Source: Sedimenticola sp. | GTDB lineage: Bacteria; Pseudomonadota; Gammaproteobacteria; Chromatiales; Chromatiaceae | DNA length: 64,000 bases | Assembly (NCBI GenBank): GCA_026984735.1 | Contig: JALSRN010000014.1 | Span: 21,405 to 85,404, forward strand | Reading direction: 5' to 3' | Part shown: piece by piece, positions 50,762 through 60,703 of the stretch | How positions within the stretch are numbered: position 1 is the first letter of the stretch | How the letters are laid out: each line of letters opens with the position of its first letter | Translations under genes and position numbers: made by a program | The notes under the pieces: generated by a model | What the model was told of the DNA's origin: nothing | What the model saw: only the letters and a program-made list of their open reading frames with translations | Database searches by the model: none

Positions 50762-51490
50762 TCAAGACGAGCGATAACGAAACCCTCCCTTCTCCAGCCC
50801 TTTCCGCAACGCTTCGAAAGCCGCCGCCACCTCCTTCAAAGGGCCGCGGAAGCCAAGCTCCACGAAAGGAGCCTCGCCCCGCCGCGGCAAACTGAAGAGC
50901 TTCACTCCCGGCCAGGCGGCGTCCAGCTCCTGCAACAGGGGCATGAGGGCGTTCTCCGTCACATCGGGCACGCGCAGCGACCGCACCGTCTCTCCCTCTT
51001 CGTCGCCATAGCGGCATTCGAGCACCCAGGCGGCCATGGGGTGGGCCATTTCGGGAAAGCCCGGAAGGAAGTGGTGCCGACGGAGGGAAAAGCCCGGCAC
51101 TTGGTTCACCGGATTGGGGATCAGCTCCGCCCCTTCCGGCAGGTCGGCCATGCGCAGCCGATGGGGCCGGGCCGACTCGCCGAAACGCTCGACGATGAGC
51201 GCCTCCGCCTGGGGATGACGCACCAAAGGCACGCCGGCCGCCTCGGCGGCGCACCCTCGGGTGTGGTCGTCGGGCGTGGCGCCGATGCCGCCGCAACAGA
51301 AGACGGGCCTGCCTTCCTCCATGGTCTGGCGCAGTCGGGCGGTGAGGAGGATGGGATCGTCAGGCAGAATCTCCATCCAATGGAGCGAATGGCCGTGTTC
51401 CGCCAGCAACCCGCGAAAAAAATCGAAATGGCGGTCGCGCCGGCGCCCGTCCAGGATTTCGTCGCCGACGACCACCAGTCCGAACTTCAC
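50762..51490 (-). CDS. CinA-like molybdopterin-binding domain protein
   Basis: VVGDEILDGRRRD, GGIGATPDDHT, LPGFPEM. Confidence 0.88.
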   Translation of the reverse strand: MKFGLVVVGDEILDGRRRDRHFDFFRGLLAEHGHSLHWMEILPDDPILLTARLRQTMEEGRPVFCCGGIGATPDDHTRGCAAEAAGVPLVRHPQAEALIVERFGESARPHRLRMADLPEGAELIPNPVNQVPGFSLRRHHFLPGFPEMAHPMAAWVLECRYGDEEGETVRSLRVPDVTENALMPLLQELDAAWPGVKLFSLPRRGEAPFVELGFRGPLKEVAAAFEALRKGLEKGGFRYRSS

Positions 51491-51903
51491 GACCGCCTCC
51501 CCCGCAATTTCGCCACCGCCTCGCGGACCGCCTCGGACAGATAGTAGAAATACATCTCCAGGGTGTTGATGCCCACCATCTTCTTGACCAACTGGTGGCC
51601 GTCGGGGTCCAGGAAGAGGAGCGTGGGCGTCACGTAGACGCCGTAACGGTGGGCGAAATGGGCGGCGGAGACCCGTCGCCCCGAAAAATCGGCGACCGTC
51701 TCGCCGGCGTCGATGAGAACTTCCCCCAGCAGAATCTCATTGGCGAAATCGCCGGCCTTCACCATGGGATGGAGCACCTCCTCTTTGATCTTGTGGCAGT
51801 AGGCGCACTCCCGCTGGGAGATCAGCACCACCAGCACCCGCCGCTCGCGACGGGCGCGCGCGGCCAAGGCGCGAAAATCGTCGAATCTTTCAAGGCGGAT
51901 CAC
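51487..51903 (-). CDS. SoxW-like thioredoxin-fold protein
   Basis: GGAGG RBS with GTG start, CAYC, YGVYVTPTLLFLD. Confidence 0.78.
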   Translation of the reverse strand: MIRLERFDDFRALAARARRERRVLVVLISQRECAYCHKIKEEVLHPMVKAGDFANEILLGEVLIDAGETVADFSGRRVSAAHFAHRYGVYVTPTLLFLDPDGHQLVKKMVGINTLEMYFYYLSEAVREAVAKLRGRRS

Positions 51904-52060
51904 CCAAACCCCTCCAGCGCCGCAATCCCCGATTTCATAGGCCGCCGTTCCCCCGTCCTTTCCCCGCTTGGAGAGCGGAACGCCGTTCCATTCTATGGGA
52001 ACGGCAACTTTTTGCTACCATTGGAGTCCGTAACCACAAAGCCATCGTCTTTATTTTTCC

Positions 52061-52600
52061 ATGAAAATCCTTGCCGACCTCTTTCCGGTCATCCTCTTCT
52101 TCGCGGCCTACAAGTTCGCGGGGATCTACACCGCCACCGCGGCGGCCATCGGCGCTTCGGTCGTCCAAGTGGCCTGGAACCGCTGGCGGCACGGCAAGGT
52201 GGAAACCCTGCAGTGGGCCACACTGGGGCTCATCCTCCTCTTCGGCGGACTCACCCTGCTGCTGCACGACCCCGTCTTCATCAAATGGAAGCCCACGGTG
52301 GTCAACTGGCTCTTCGCCGCGGCCTTTCTCGGCTCCGCGCTGTTCATGGAACGCTCTTTTCTGCAGCGTCTCATGGACCAGGCCGTGAGTCTGCCCGACA
52401 GCGCCTGGAGACGCCTCAATCTGGCCTGGGTGGGATTCTTTCTCTTCCTGGGCGCCGCCAATCTCTATGTGGCGTTCCATTTTCCGGAAGAGACCTGGGT
52501 CAACTTCAAACTCTTCGGCATGATGGGCCTCACCATCGTCTTTCTCGTCGCCCAGGGGTTCTACCTGGCCCGCCACATGGAGTTGGAAGAGGAACACTGA
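52061..52600 (+). CDS. yciB: Inner-membrane protein YciB (IspZ)
   Basis: FIKWKPTVVNWLFA, WVNFKLFG. Confidence 0.94.
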   Translation: MKILADLFPVILFFAAYKFAGIYTATAAAIGASVVQVAWNRWRHGKVETLQWATLGLILLFGGLTLLLHDPVFIKWKPTVVNWLFAAAFLGSALFMERSFLQRLMDQAVSLPDSAWRRLNLAWVGFFLFLGAANLYVAFHFPEETWVNFKLFGMMGLTIVFLVAQGFYLARHMELEEEH

Positions 52601-52900
52601 ATGCTCTACTGCATCCTTGGCACCGATGGCGCCGACAGTCTGGAACAACGCCTCGCCGCCCGTCCCGCCCATCTGGAACGACTGAAACGGCTCCAGGAAG
52701 AGGGGCGCCTGGTGCTCGCCGGACCTTTTCCGGCGGTGGACGCGGAAGATCCGGGCAGCGCCGGTTTCACCGGCAGCCTCATCGTCGCCGAATTCGAGAG
52801 CCTGGAGGAGGCTCGCGCCTGGGCGAATTCCGACCCTTACGTCTCCGCCGGAGTCTATAAGGAAGTTTCCATTCAACCCTTCAGGAAAGTACTGCCATAA
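52601..52900 (+). CDS. yciI: YciI family protein
   Basis: [25 protein letters not shown]. Confidence 0.93.
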   Translation: MLYCILGTDGADSLEQRLAARPAHLERLKRLQEEGRLVLAGPFPAVDAEDPGSAGFTGSLIVAEFESLEEARAWANSDPYVSAGVYKEVSIQPFRKVLP

Positions 52901-53751
52901 TGAAAATTCGCAACAACGCTCTCGTCGCCGCCTGCGCCGGCCTGGCCCTGCTCGCCCTGTCGTCGGCCGAAGCCGCCGACGCCGGACCCGCATCCGCAAA
53001 GCCCCAGCCACTGGTGATCATCAACGGCCAGCCCATCGACAATCTGGAGGTGGCGGCCTTCAACGCCCTCCAGGGTCAGCGACCGGCCACCACCCGGCAG
53101 GCTCAGATCAAACTGGTGAACCAGCTGGTCAACACCCTGCTCATCGCCCAGCAGGCCGAAAAGGAGGGGCTCGACCGGCACCCCAACGTCAAAGCCGCGC
53201 TCGACATGGCGCGGATGCAGGTTCTGGCCGAGGCCAAGATGAGCGATTATCTCAAGTCCCATCCGGTCAGCGACGAAGAGCTGCAGGCGGCCTACAAAAA
53301 GCGCTACAGCGGCGTCAATCTCAATGAATACAAGGTGCGCCACATCCTGGTGCAGAAGAAGGAAGAGGCCGAAGAGATCATCAAGCTGCTGAACCAGGGC
53401 AAGAAGACGTTCGCCGAACTGGCGAAGGCCCGCTCTCTGGACCCCAGCAAGGAGAACGGCGGCGAACTGGGCTGGATCGGCCGTCAGCAGGTGGTGGAAC
53501 CCTTCGGCGACGCCATGGTGAAGCTGAAAAAGGGGGAATACAGCAAGGCGCCGGTGAAGAGCCCCTTCGGTTGGCATGTGATCCAGGTGGACGACATCCG
53601 CAAGCAGCCGGTGCCTCCGATGAAAGAGGTGAAGGCGCAACTCACCAACGAACTGCGCAAGAAGAAGCTCGCGGAGTACATCACCGGCCTGCGCAAGCAG
53701 GCGAAGATCGAAGTGCCGGGCCGCAAGGCGGAAGCGAAAAAGGGCAATTAG
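52900..53751 (+). CDS. PpiC-type peptidyl-prolyl isomerase (exported)
   Basis: Signal peptide, VRHILV, FAELAKARSLD, GGELGW, PVKSPFGWHVI. Confidence 0.92.
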   Translation: MKIRNNALVAACAGLALLALSSAEAADAGPASAKPQPLVIINGQPIDNLEVAAFNALQGQRPATTRQAQIKLVNQLVNTLLIAQQAEKEGLDRHPNVKAALDMARMQVLAEAKMSDYLKSHPVSDEELQAAYKKRYSGVNLNEYKVRHILVQKKEEAEEIIKLLNQGKKTFAELAKARSLDPSKENGGELGWIGRQQVVEPFGDAMVKLKKGEYSKAPVKSPFGWHVIQVDDIRKQPVPPMKEVKAQLTNELRKKKLAEYITGLRKQAKIEVPGRKAEAKKGN

Positions 53752-53799
53752 GCACGCTTCGGCAAGGAGGATGACCCGCGGGCTCCCCTCGTTGCGTCC

Positions 53800-54084
53800 C
53801 TACTCCTCTTTCTTGCCGCGCTCGATGGCGTGGAGGGGCACCACTTCCGCCTCCGGCTTCTCGTCGGCGTAGTAGGGCCTCTCGCGCACCGCCCCGGCGG
53901 CGTCGGCCAGCTCCCGCTCACGCGCCGCGATGAGGGCGAAGCACTGCTTGATGTCCTCGATGGTGCTCGGAGAGAGCGGATGCCTCATGGTCTTGAACTC
54001 AGGGGTGGTGTCCTTGACGATCTGCGCCAGCACCTTGCGCATCACCATCAGGATCTCGCGCTCTTTTCTGCTCTCGTCGCTCAT
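53800..54084 (-). CDS. Conserved hypothetical protein
   Basis: Well-formed helical ORF MSDESRKEREILMVMRKVL..; start chosen after AGAG. Confidence 0.65.
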   Translation of the reverse strand: MSDESRKEREILMVMRKVLAQIVKDTTPEFKTMRHPLSPSTIEDIKQCFALIAARERELADAAGAVRERPYYADEKPEAEVVPLHAIERGKKEE

Positions 54085-54176
54085 TTCGCTGCTCTTGGAA
54101 AGTGGGGATGACTCCGAGCATACCCGAACGCTTCCCCTGATTTCCACGGGGTAGGCGCAGGAGCGGCGGCTCCTGG

Positions 54177-55070
54177 TCAGTCGAACAGGGTGTCCATGGA
54201 AAACCCCTGCTGTTCCAGAATGACGCGCAACCGCCGCAGCGCGTCGATCTGGATCTGGCGCACCCGCTCCCGGGTCACGCCCAGTTCGCGGGCCACCTGT
54301 TCCAGGGTGGAGTTCTCATATCCTTGCAGGCCGAACCGGCGCACCACCACTTCGCGCTGTTTTTCCGAAAGCTTCTCCAGCCAGGCTTCCAGGTGCGCCC
54401 GGATGTCCACCTCCTGGAGAAGGTCGGTGGGCTCCTGGGTCTTTTCGTCGGCGATGCTGTCCAGCCGGGGCCGGTCCCCCTCGCGCCCCTGGGGCAGATC
54501 CGCCGAGACCACCCGCTCGTTGAAGCCCAGCATGCGCTCCACCTCTTTCAAAGGGCGGTCCAGCAACTCGGCGATCTCCTCGGCGGTGGGCTCGTGGTCG
54601 AGCTCCTGGCTCAGCTTGCGGGCAGCGCGCAGGTAGACGTTGATCTCCTTGACCACGTGGATCGGCAGGCGGATGGTGCGGGTCTGGTTCATCAACGCCC
54701 GCTCGATGGTCTGGCGGATCCACCAGGTGGCGTAGGTGGAGAAACGGAAGCCCTTGTCGGGATCGAACTTTTCCACCGCCCGGATGAGCCCCAGGTTGCC
54801 CTCCTCGATGAGGTCGAGCAGCGCCAGGCCACGGTTGAGGTAACGGCGGGCGATCTTCACCACCAAGCGCAGGTTGCTCTCGATCATGCGCGCGCGGGCC
54901 TGCTCGTCCCCTTGCCGGATTCGGCGCGCCAACTCGATCTCCTCTTCCGCGGTCAGCAGTCGCGCCGCGCCGATCTCCCGGAGGTAGAGGCGTGTGGCGT
55001 CCATCTGCTCACCCCTGGCCGTCAGGGAGGAGACCGCACCGATGACCTCTTCGTCCTCTTCTTTGTCCAT
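54177..55070 (-). CDS. rpoS: RNA polymerase sigma factor RpoS
   Basis: [39 protein letters not shown]; directly downstream of nlpD. Confidence 0.95.
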   Translation of the reverse strand: MDKEEDEEVIGAVSSLTARGEQMDATRLYLREIGAARLLTAEEEIELARRIRQGDEQARARMIESNLRLVVKIARRYLNRGLALLDLIEEGNLGLIRAVEKFDPDKGFRFSTYATWWIRQTIERALMNQTRTIRLPIHVVKEINVYLRAARKLSQELDHEPTAEEIAELLDRPLKEVERMLGFNERVVSADLPQGREGDRPRLDSIADEKTQEPTDLLQEVDIRAHLEAWLEKLSEKQREVVVRRFGLQGYENSTLEQVARELGVTRERVRQIQIDALRRLRVILEQQGFSMDTLFD

Positions 55071-55104
55071 CGCTCCTCTCCAGCGCCGCCGGCGAGGCGG
55101 AAAG

Positions 55105-55890
55105 TCAACCTCTTGGCAGGTAGATCAGCGGATCCACCGGCTTGCCGTACCGGCGGATCTCGAAATGGAGCAGTGCCTTGCCGGCGCTGTCCACGCCCAG
55201 ATCCGATATGTGCTGACCGCGCTTGACCTTCTCCCCCTCTTTGACCAGCAGCCGGCTGTTGTGGCCGTAGGCGCTCAGAAACTCGTTGTTGTGCTTGATG
55301 ATGATAAGCTGGCCGTATCCGATGAGTCCACTGCCGCTGTAGACCACGGTGCCCGACTCGGCGGCCAGCACCTTCTGTCCCCGCGCCCCGGCGATCTTGA
55401 TGCCGTCCCGATCGGGATCGCTGTAGGAGAAGCGGGAGATCACGGTACCGTGAATGGGCCAGCGCCAGTGCAGTTTCCTTCCCGTTTGTTTGGAATGCCG
55501 CGCGGTGGTGCGGCTCCGTTTCTTGGTGCTCGCCGTTCCCCGCCGCGCCGTCGAACTCTGCCCTTTGGCGGTGCTGCTTGCCGTGCGCTTCGGCGGCGGA
55601 GGCGGTCGGAGTCGCAGGAGCTGCCCCGCGAAGATGGTGTAGGGAGGCTTCAGGCGGTTCCAGCGCGCCAGGGTGCGGTAATCGACCCCGGCACGCCAGG
55701 AGACCGCCCACAGGGTGTCGCCCTTTTTCACGCGGTACCAGGTTCCCGTCAAACGCGTCTGGTGAGCCCTGTGGGTGGCGTGATGGAAGGGCGCTGGCGC
55801 CCGCGAGGGCGCGCCGCAAGCGGCCAGCAGCAGAGACAGGAGCACCGGCCAAAGCCGTTTCCAGGCAGCGATGTGATCCTCCTTTCGCAC
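55105..55890 (-). CDS. nlpD: LysM/M23 lipoprotein NlpD
   Basis: Lipobox LAAC, Lys[20 protein letters not shown]; pcm-nlpD-rpoS synteny. Confidence 0.92.
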   Translation of the reverse strand: MRKEDHIAAWKRLWPVLLSLLLAACGAPSRAPAPFHHATHRAHQTRLTGTWYRVKKGDTLWAVSWRAGVDYRTLARWNRLKPPYTIFAGQLLRLRPPPPPKRTASSTAKGQSSTARRGTASTKKRSRTTARHSKQTGRKLHWRWPIHGTVISRFSYSDPDRDGIKIAGARGQKVLAAESGTVVYSGSGLIGYGQLIIIKHNNEFLSAYGHNSRLLVKEGEKVKRGQHISDLGVDSAGKALLHFEIRRYGKPVDPLIYLPRG

Positions 55891-55899
55891 TCCTCCTCC

Positions 55900-56487
55900 C
55901 TAGGGCGAGCCGCTCGCGTACACCAGGAGCCCCAGCGCCACCAGGGCCACCACTCCCCAGCCGATCCAGTCCATGTAGCGGTGCAGCCGCTCCTCCATCG
56001 CCGCTCCGCCCCAGGCCATGAGCACCGCCACCAGAAAGAAGCGGCTGGCCCGGCCGATGAAAGAGGCGACGAGAAAGAGGGGAAAGTTCATGGAGATCAC
56101 CCCGGCCGTGATGGTGAACACCTTGTAGGGGATGGGCGAGAAGCCGGCCAGAAAGATCGCCCAGAAACCCCAGCGGTCGAACCACTCCCGGGCGAGCAGA
56201 TACTTGTCGTAGTAACCGGCCTGGTGGAGCCACCCCGAGACCAAGTCGAAGGCGAAGGTGCCAATGAGGTAGCCCAACACCCCGCCCGCCACCGAGGCCA
56301 GGGTGGCGAGCAGGGCGAAGCGCCAGGCGCGCCCCGGCTGGGCCATGCTCATGGGAGCCAGCATCACGTCCGGCGGCACCGGAAAGAAGGCCGCCTCGGC
56401 GAAGCTGAGGGCGCCGAGGTACCAGGGCGCATGGGGATGGCGGGACCAGGACATGGCGCGCCGGTACAGGGAGGAAAAGATCTTCAA
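55900..56487 (-). CDS. YqaA/DedA-family membrane protein
   Basis: [25 protein letters not shown]. Confidence 0.9.
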   Translation of the reverse strand: MKIFSSLYRRAMSWSRHPHAPWYLGALSFAEAAFFPVPPDVMLAPMSMAQPGRAWRFALLATLASVAGGVLGYLIGTFAFDLVSGWLHQAGYYDKYLLAREWFDRWGFWAIFLAGFSPIPYKVFTITAGVISMNFPLFLVASFIGRASRFFLVAVLMAWGGAAMEERLHRYMDWIGWGVVALVALGLLVYASGSP

Positions 56488-57152
56488 CGGTCCACTCCAC
56501 TCAACAGGGGAACGAAATTCACCGGCTCCAGCAGCTCGGTCTCGTAGCCGCGGGCAGTGCGCGTCACCCGCGCCAGCGCCTGTCCATCGCGTCCGCCCAC
56601 GGGCAGCACCATGCGCGCTCCCGGGCGCAACTGTTCCACCAACTGCCGGGGAATGCCCTCGGGCGCGGCGGTGACGACGATGCCGTCATAAGGGCCGCAT
56701 TCGGGCAACCCGATGCTGCCGTCGGCATGGCGCGGATGGATGTTGCGCAACCGCAGCAGGCGGAAGCGCGCCCGCGCCTGTTCCAGCAGCACGCCGATGC
56801 GCTCCACGGTGTAGACCCGCCGCACCAACGGCGCCAGCACGGCGGTCTGGTAACCCGAGCCGGTCCCCACCTCCAGGACCCGGTCCAGCACTCCTCCGTC
56901 GAGGAGCGCCTCGGTCATGCGCGCCACGATGTAGGGCTGGGAGATGGTCTGCCCCATGCCGATGGGCAGCGCCGTATTTTCGTAGGCGCGGCTGGCCAGT
57001 GCCTCCTCCACGAACAGGTGGCGGGGAATGGCTCGCATGGTCTCCAGCACCCGCTCGTCGCGGATCCCTTCGCGGCGCAGAGCCTCGATGAGCCGATCGC
57101 GGGTGCGCTCGGAGGTCATGCCGATGCCGCTCCGTAGCAGATCCAGGTTCAC
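56484..57152 (-). CDS. pcm: Protein-L-isoaspartate O-methyltransferase
   Basis: [30 protein letters not shown]; GTGA overlap with surE. Confidence 0.95.
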   Translation of the reverse strand: MNLDLLRSGIGMTSERTRDRLIEALRREGIRDERVLETMRAIPRHLFVEEALASRAYENTALPIGMGQTISQPYIVARMTEALLDGGVLDRVLEVGTGSGYQTAVLAPLVRRVYTVERIGVLLEQARARFRLLRLRNIHPRHADGSIGLPECGPYDGIVVTAAPEGIPRQLVEQLRPGARMVLPVGGRDGQALARVTRTARGYETELLEPVNFVPLLSGVDR

Positions 57153-57904
57153 CGCGTCGCCTCCAGCCAGCGCGCCACCACGGGAACGGCGCCGTGACGA
57201 GTGAGATCCACCTGAATGGGGGTGACGGAGACGAAGCCGTTGCGCACCGCGTGAAAGTCGGTGCCCTCGCCCGCATCCTGCTCCGGCCCCGCCGGCCCCA
57301 CCCAGTAGATGGGGCGCCCCCTGGGATCGAGCGCCTTCACCACCGGCTCGGCCTTGTGACGGTGGCCCAGCCGCGTGGCCCGGAATCCTTGCAGCTCCTC
57401 CCAAGGCAGATCGGGTACGTTGACGTTGAGAATGGAGTCGGCCGCCAGCGGCTCGCGCCGCAGCCGTTCCACCAGTTCCCGCGCCACCCGAGCCCCCGTC
57501 TCCAGATGGCGCGGCGCGTGGGAATCCATGGAGACGGCCATGGCGGGATAGCCGAGGAAACGCCCTTCGGTGGCCGCCGCCACGGTGCCGGAATAGATCA
57601 CGTCGTCCCCCATGTTGGCGCCGGCGTTGATGCCGGCCACCACCATGTGGGGTTCCTCCTCCAACAGTCCGGTGATGGCCAGGTGGACGCAGTCGGTGGG
57701 GGTTCCCTCCACGCGGACGACCCCCTCCTCCACCTCTTGGGCGCGCAAGGGCATGTCCAGGGTGAGCGAGTTGCTGGCGCCGCTGCGGTCGCGGTCCGGC
57801 GCCACCACCACCACCTCCGCCAGCTCGCCCAGCGCCTCGGCCAAGATTCGCAGGCCGGCCGCCCGGTAGCCGTCGTCGTTGCTGATGAGGATGCGGAAAG
57901 CCAT
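57149..57904 (-). CDS. surE: 5'/3'-nucleotidase SurE
   Basis: [40 protein letters not shown]. Confidence 0.96.
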   Translation of the reverse strand: MAFRILISNDDGYRAAGLRILAEALGELAEVVVVAPDRDRSGASNSLTLDMPLRAQEVEEGVVRVEGTPTDCVHLAITGLLEEEPHMVVAGINAGANMGDDVIYSGTVAAATEGRFLGYPAMAVSMDSHAPRHLETGARVARELVERLRREPLAADSILNVNVPDLPWEELQGFRATRLGHRHKAEPVVKALDPRGRPIYWVGPAGPEQDAGEGTDFHAVRNGFVSVTPIQVDLTRHGAVPVVARWLEATR

Positions 57905-57962
57905 GCGCCGGATTCTACTGAAAAGCACCGCCGCCCACACGCGCATCGGCTAAAATCTGCGA

Positions 57963-58496
57963 ATGGATTCCGGCGACGAGAAAAAGGACGGGGATCTGAA
58001 TCTGTTCCGCCAGGCCATGGGCGGGGTGCGTCCCCTGGACCACGACCGCGCCGAGCCCTGGCGCCGGAAACCCAAGCCTGTACCCTTGGAACGCCCCGGC
58101 GACGAGCGGCCCGGCGACGAGCTGGGCGACACCGCCGAAGAGGCGCCCGAGTTCCTCGAATTCCGGCGTCCCGGCATCCAGAACCGTCTGTTCCGGGACC
58201 TGCAGCGGGGCGTGCTGGAGCCCGAGGCGACCCTGGATCTGCACGGCATGCGGGTGGAGGACGCCCGCCGCGCCCTCGGCCGCTTTCTCGACCAGAGCCT
58301 GCGCTCCCGGCGCCGCTGCGTGCGCATCATCCATGGCAAGGGCAAAGGCTCCGGCGGCCAGCCCATCATCAAGCAGCGGGTCAACCAGTGGCTGCCCCAG
58401 CGCAAGGAAGTGCTCGCTTTCTGCTCCGCCCCCCGCTGGGACGGCGGCACCGGCGCGGCCTATGTGCTGCTGTCACGCAAGTGGAGCGGCGTGTAG
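57963..58496 (+). CDS. Smr/MutS2 domain protein
   Basis: LDLHGM, IIHGKG, GGTGAAYVLL. Confidence 0.9.
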   Translation: MDSGDEKKDGDLNLFRQAMGGVRPLDHDRAEPWRRKPKPVPLERPGDERPGDELGDTAEEAPEFLEFRRPGIQNRLFRDLQRGVLEPEATLDLHGMRVEDARRALGRFLDQSLRSRRRCVRIIHGKGKGSGGQPIIKQRVNQWLPQRKEVLAFCSAPRWDGGTGAAYVLLSRKWSGV

Positions 58497-58505
58497 GGCG
58501 GCGAA

Positions 58506-59153
58506 TCAACCGTGGGCGGCGGACCGCCCGTCCAAGGCGTTCTCCTTGTCCGCTCCCAGCCCTTCCCACGCCGACGTCCACACCTCTTGCGCCAAACCTG
58601 GAAGCGGCTCCTCCACCACGCCGTCCAGCCGCAACTGAATGAGACGGATGGCGCCGCCGAACAGGGTGGCGGCGGCCACCCAGGTGTTGCCGCGCCTGAT
58701 CTCGCCCCTGGCCATTCCCTCTTCCACCATCTCGCGGATGCGCCGGAAGGGTTCGGCGCTGCAGATGGGCGGCTCGTCCGGCAGGAATTCGCGGTGTTTG
58801 GCATGGAACACGAAGCCGATGAGGTCGCGGCGGGTCTCCGTGAGTTCGAAAAGCAGCCGGATCAGCGTCCGGCTCCGCTCGGCCAGCTCCTCGTGGGACC
58901 GCGCCACCTCCGCCACCAGTTCGCTGAGTTCGTCGAGCAGGTGCGCGTAGAGCGCCTTGGCGACTCCTTCTTTTCCACCGAAATGGTTGTAGATGGAGCC
59001 GATGCTCACTCCCGCCCTCCGCTGGAGATCATGCACGGAGACGTTGTGATAGCCGCGGCGCACGAACAGCTCGAGGGCCGCGGCGAGGATTCGGCAATCG
59101 ACGGGCTCCGGCCCGGAATGACGGTGCCTCAGACAGGGCATTGGATGTTCCAT
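58506..59153 (-). CDS. TetR-family transcriptional regulator
   Basis: ILAAALELFVRRGY, GVSIGSIYNHFGGKEG. Confidence 0.93.
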   Translation of the reverse strand: MEHPMPCLRHRHSGPEPVDCRILAAALELFVRRGYHNVSVHDLQRRAGVSIGSIYNHFGGKEGVAKALYAHLLDELSELVAEVARSHEELAERSRTLIRLLFELTETRRDLIGFVFHAKHREFLPDEPPICSAEPFRRIREMVEEGMARGEIRRGNTWVAAATLFGGAIRLIQLRLDGVVEEPLPGLAQEVWTSAWEGLGADKENALDGRSAAHG

Positions 59154-59188
59154 GAAACGAGGGCGGCGGAAAAATCTTACCCCAGGCC

Positions 59189-59217
59189 TTGACAGAAATG
59201 AACATTCATTCTACTTC
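59189..59217 (+). promoter_or_regulatory. mtoX promoter (-35 TTGACA) with palindromic operator AATGAA-CA-TTCATT
   Basis: Perfect TTGACA at 59189; 6-bp inverted repeat at 59197-59210 in the spacer; the -10 element (TACTTC) is weak. Confidence 0.7.
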
Positions 59218-59316
59218 TTGTGGCAGGGATCAAGAAGAAGCGCTACCAAAAAAGGACCCCATACCGATTCCATGCGAGGCGGCATGCCGCCTCCCGACCA
59301 CTGAGGAGGAGTTTTC

Positions 59317-60690
59317 ATGAACCGCAAGTTCCATGGCCTGGGGCTTTCCCGGCTTCGCACCCTGAGCGCTTTCCTGACGGCCTTTTCCACCGTTTTCCCT
59401 GCCGCCGGCTGGGCGGACGAGACCTGCCAATCCCCTTACATGGCGAAGATCACCGGCCAGGAGGATTTCGTCTATGTCTGGACTCTGGGCGTGGAGGGTT
59501 TGGGCGACGGTCAGGACAAGCTGGTGACCATCGACGTGAACCCCGCTTCCCCCCGCTACGGAAAGGTGGTCCATACCCTGTCGGTGGGCGGGCGCAACGA
59601 GGCCCACCACTCCGGCTTCACCGATGACCGCAAATACCTCTGGGCCGGCGGACTCGACACCAGCAAGATCTTCATCTTCGACGTCCACTCCGACCCCGCC
59701 CACCCCAAACTGGTGAAGACCATCGATCGCTTCGTGGCCGAGAGCGGCGGCGTGGTCGGCCCCCACACCACCTACGCTCTGCCGGGGCGCATGATGATCA
59801 CCGGGCTGTCCAACAACAAGGATCACGGCGGACGCTCGGCCCTGGTGGAGTACACCAACGACGGAAAGTACGTCGCCACGCACTGGATGCCCACCGACGA
59901 AAACCTGCGCGGCGCCCAAAAGAGCGGCAAGTACGCCGACGGCTACGACTACGACGTGCGCGTGCTGCCGCGGCGCAACGTGATGATCACCTCGTCCTTC
60001 ACCGGCTGGTCCAACTACATGATGGATTTCGGCAAGATGCTGAAGGATCCGGAAGCCATGAAGCGCTTCGGCAACACGGTGGTGGTGTGGAACCTTCACA
60101 CCCGGCAGCCGAAGAAGGTGCTCGACGTCCCCGGCGCTCCCCTGGAGATCCGCTGCGCCTGGCAGCCCAACCACAACTGGTGCGTGACCACCACCGCGCT
60201 CACCTCCAAGATCTGGCTGATCTACGAAGACGAGCGGGGCGAGTGGCAGGCCAAGGCGGTGGCCGACATCGGCGACCCCTCGAAAGTGCCCCTGCCGGTG
60301 GACATCTCCATCGCATCGGACGACAGCGTGCTCTGGGTCAACACCTTCATGGACGGCAAGACCCGGCTGTTCGACCTGAGCGATCCGTTCCATCCGAAAC
60401 AGATCTACGAACGCACCATCGGCAGGCAGGTGAACATGGCCTCGGAAAGCTGGGACGGCAAGCGGATCTATTACACTTCGTCGCTGCTGGCCAACTGGGA
60501 CAAGAAGGGCAAGGACAACGAGCAGTTCTTCAAGGCCTTCGAGTGGAACGGCAAGGAGCTGGTGCCCAAGTTCGCCATCGACTTCCATGCCGAGAAGCTG
60601 GGGCGTCCCCATCAGATGCGCTTCGGCGCCTATTCGCTCTATGCCGAGACCGAACCGACCGCCGGTGGCACCCAAGTGGCGGCCAGATGA
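59317..60690 (+). CDS. mtoX: Methanethiol oxidase (SBP56/SELENBP1 family)
   Basis: Signal peptide, DETC.SPY, EAHH, GPH, TGW, LANW, PHQM; followed by SCO and MauG domains as in known mto clusters. Confidence 0.88.
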   Translation: MNRKFHGLGLSRLRTLSAFLTAFSTVFPAAGWADETCQSPYMAKITGQEDFVYVWTLGVEGLGDGQDKLVTIDVNPASPRYGKVVHTLSVGGRNEAHHSGFTDDRKYLWAGGLDTSKIFIFDVHSDPAHPKLVKTIDRFVAESGGVVGPHTTYALPGRMMITGLSNNKDHGGRSALVEYTNDGKYVATHWMPTDENLRGAQKSGKYADGYDYDVRVLPRRNVMITSSFTGWSNYMMDFGKMLKDPEAMKRFGNTVVVWNLHTRQPKKVLDVPGAPLEIRCAWQPNHNWCVTTTALTSKIWLIYEDERGEWQAKAVADIGDPSKVPLPVDISIASDDSVLWVNTFMDGKTRLFDLSDPFHPKQIYERTIGRQVNMASESWDGKRIYYTSSLLANWDKKGKDNEQFFKAFEWNGKELVPKFAIDFHAEKLGRPHQMRFGAYSLYAETEPTAGGTQVAAR

Positions 60691-60703
60691 GCCGTCGGGG
60701 CTG

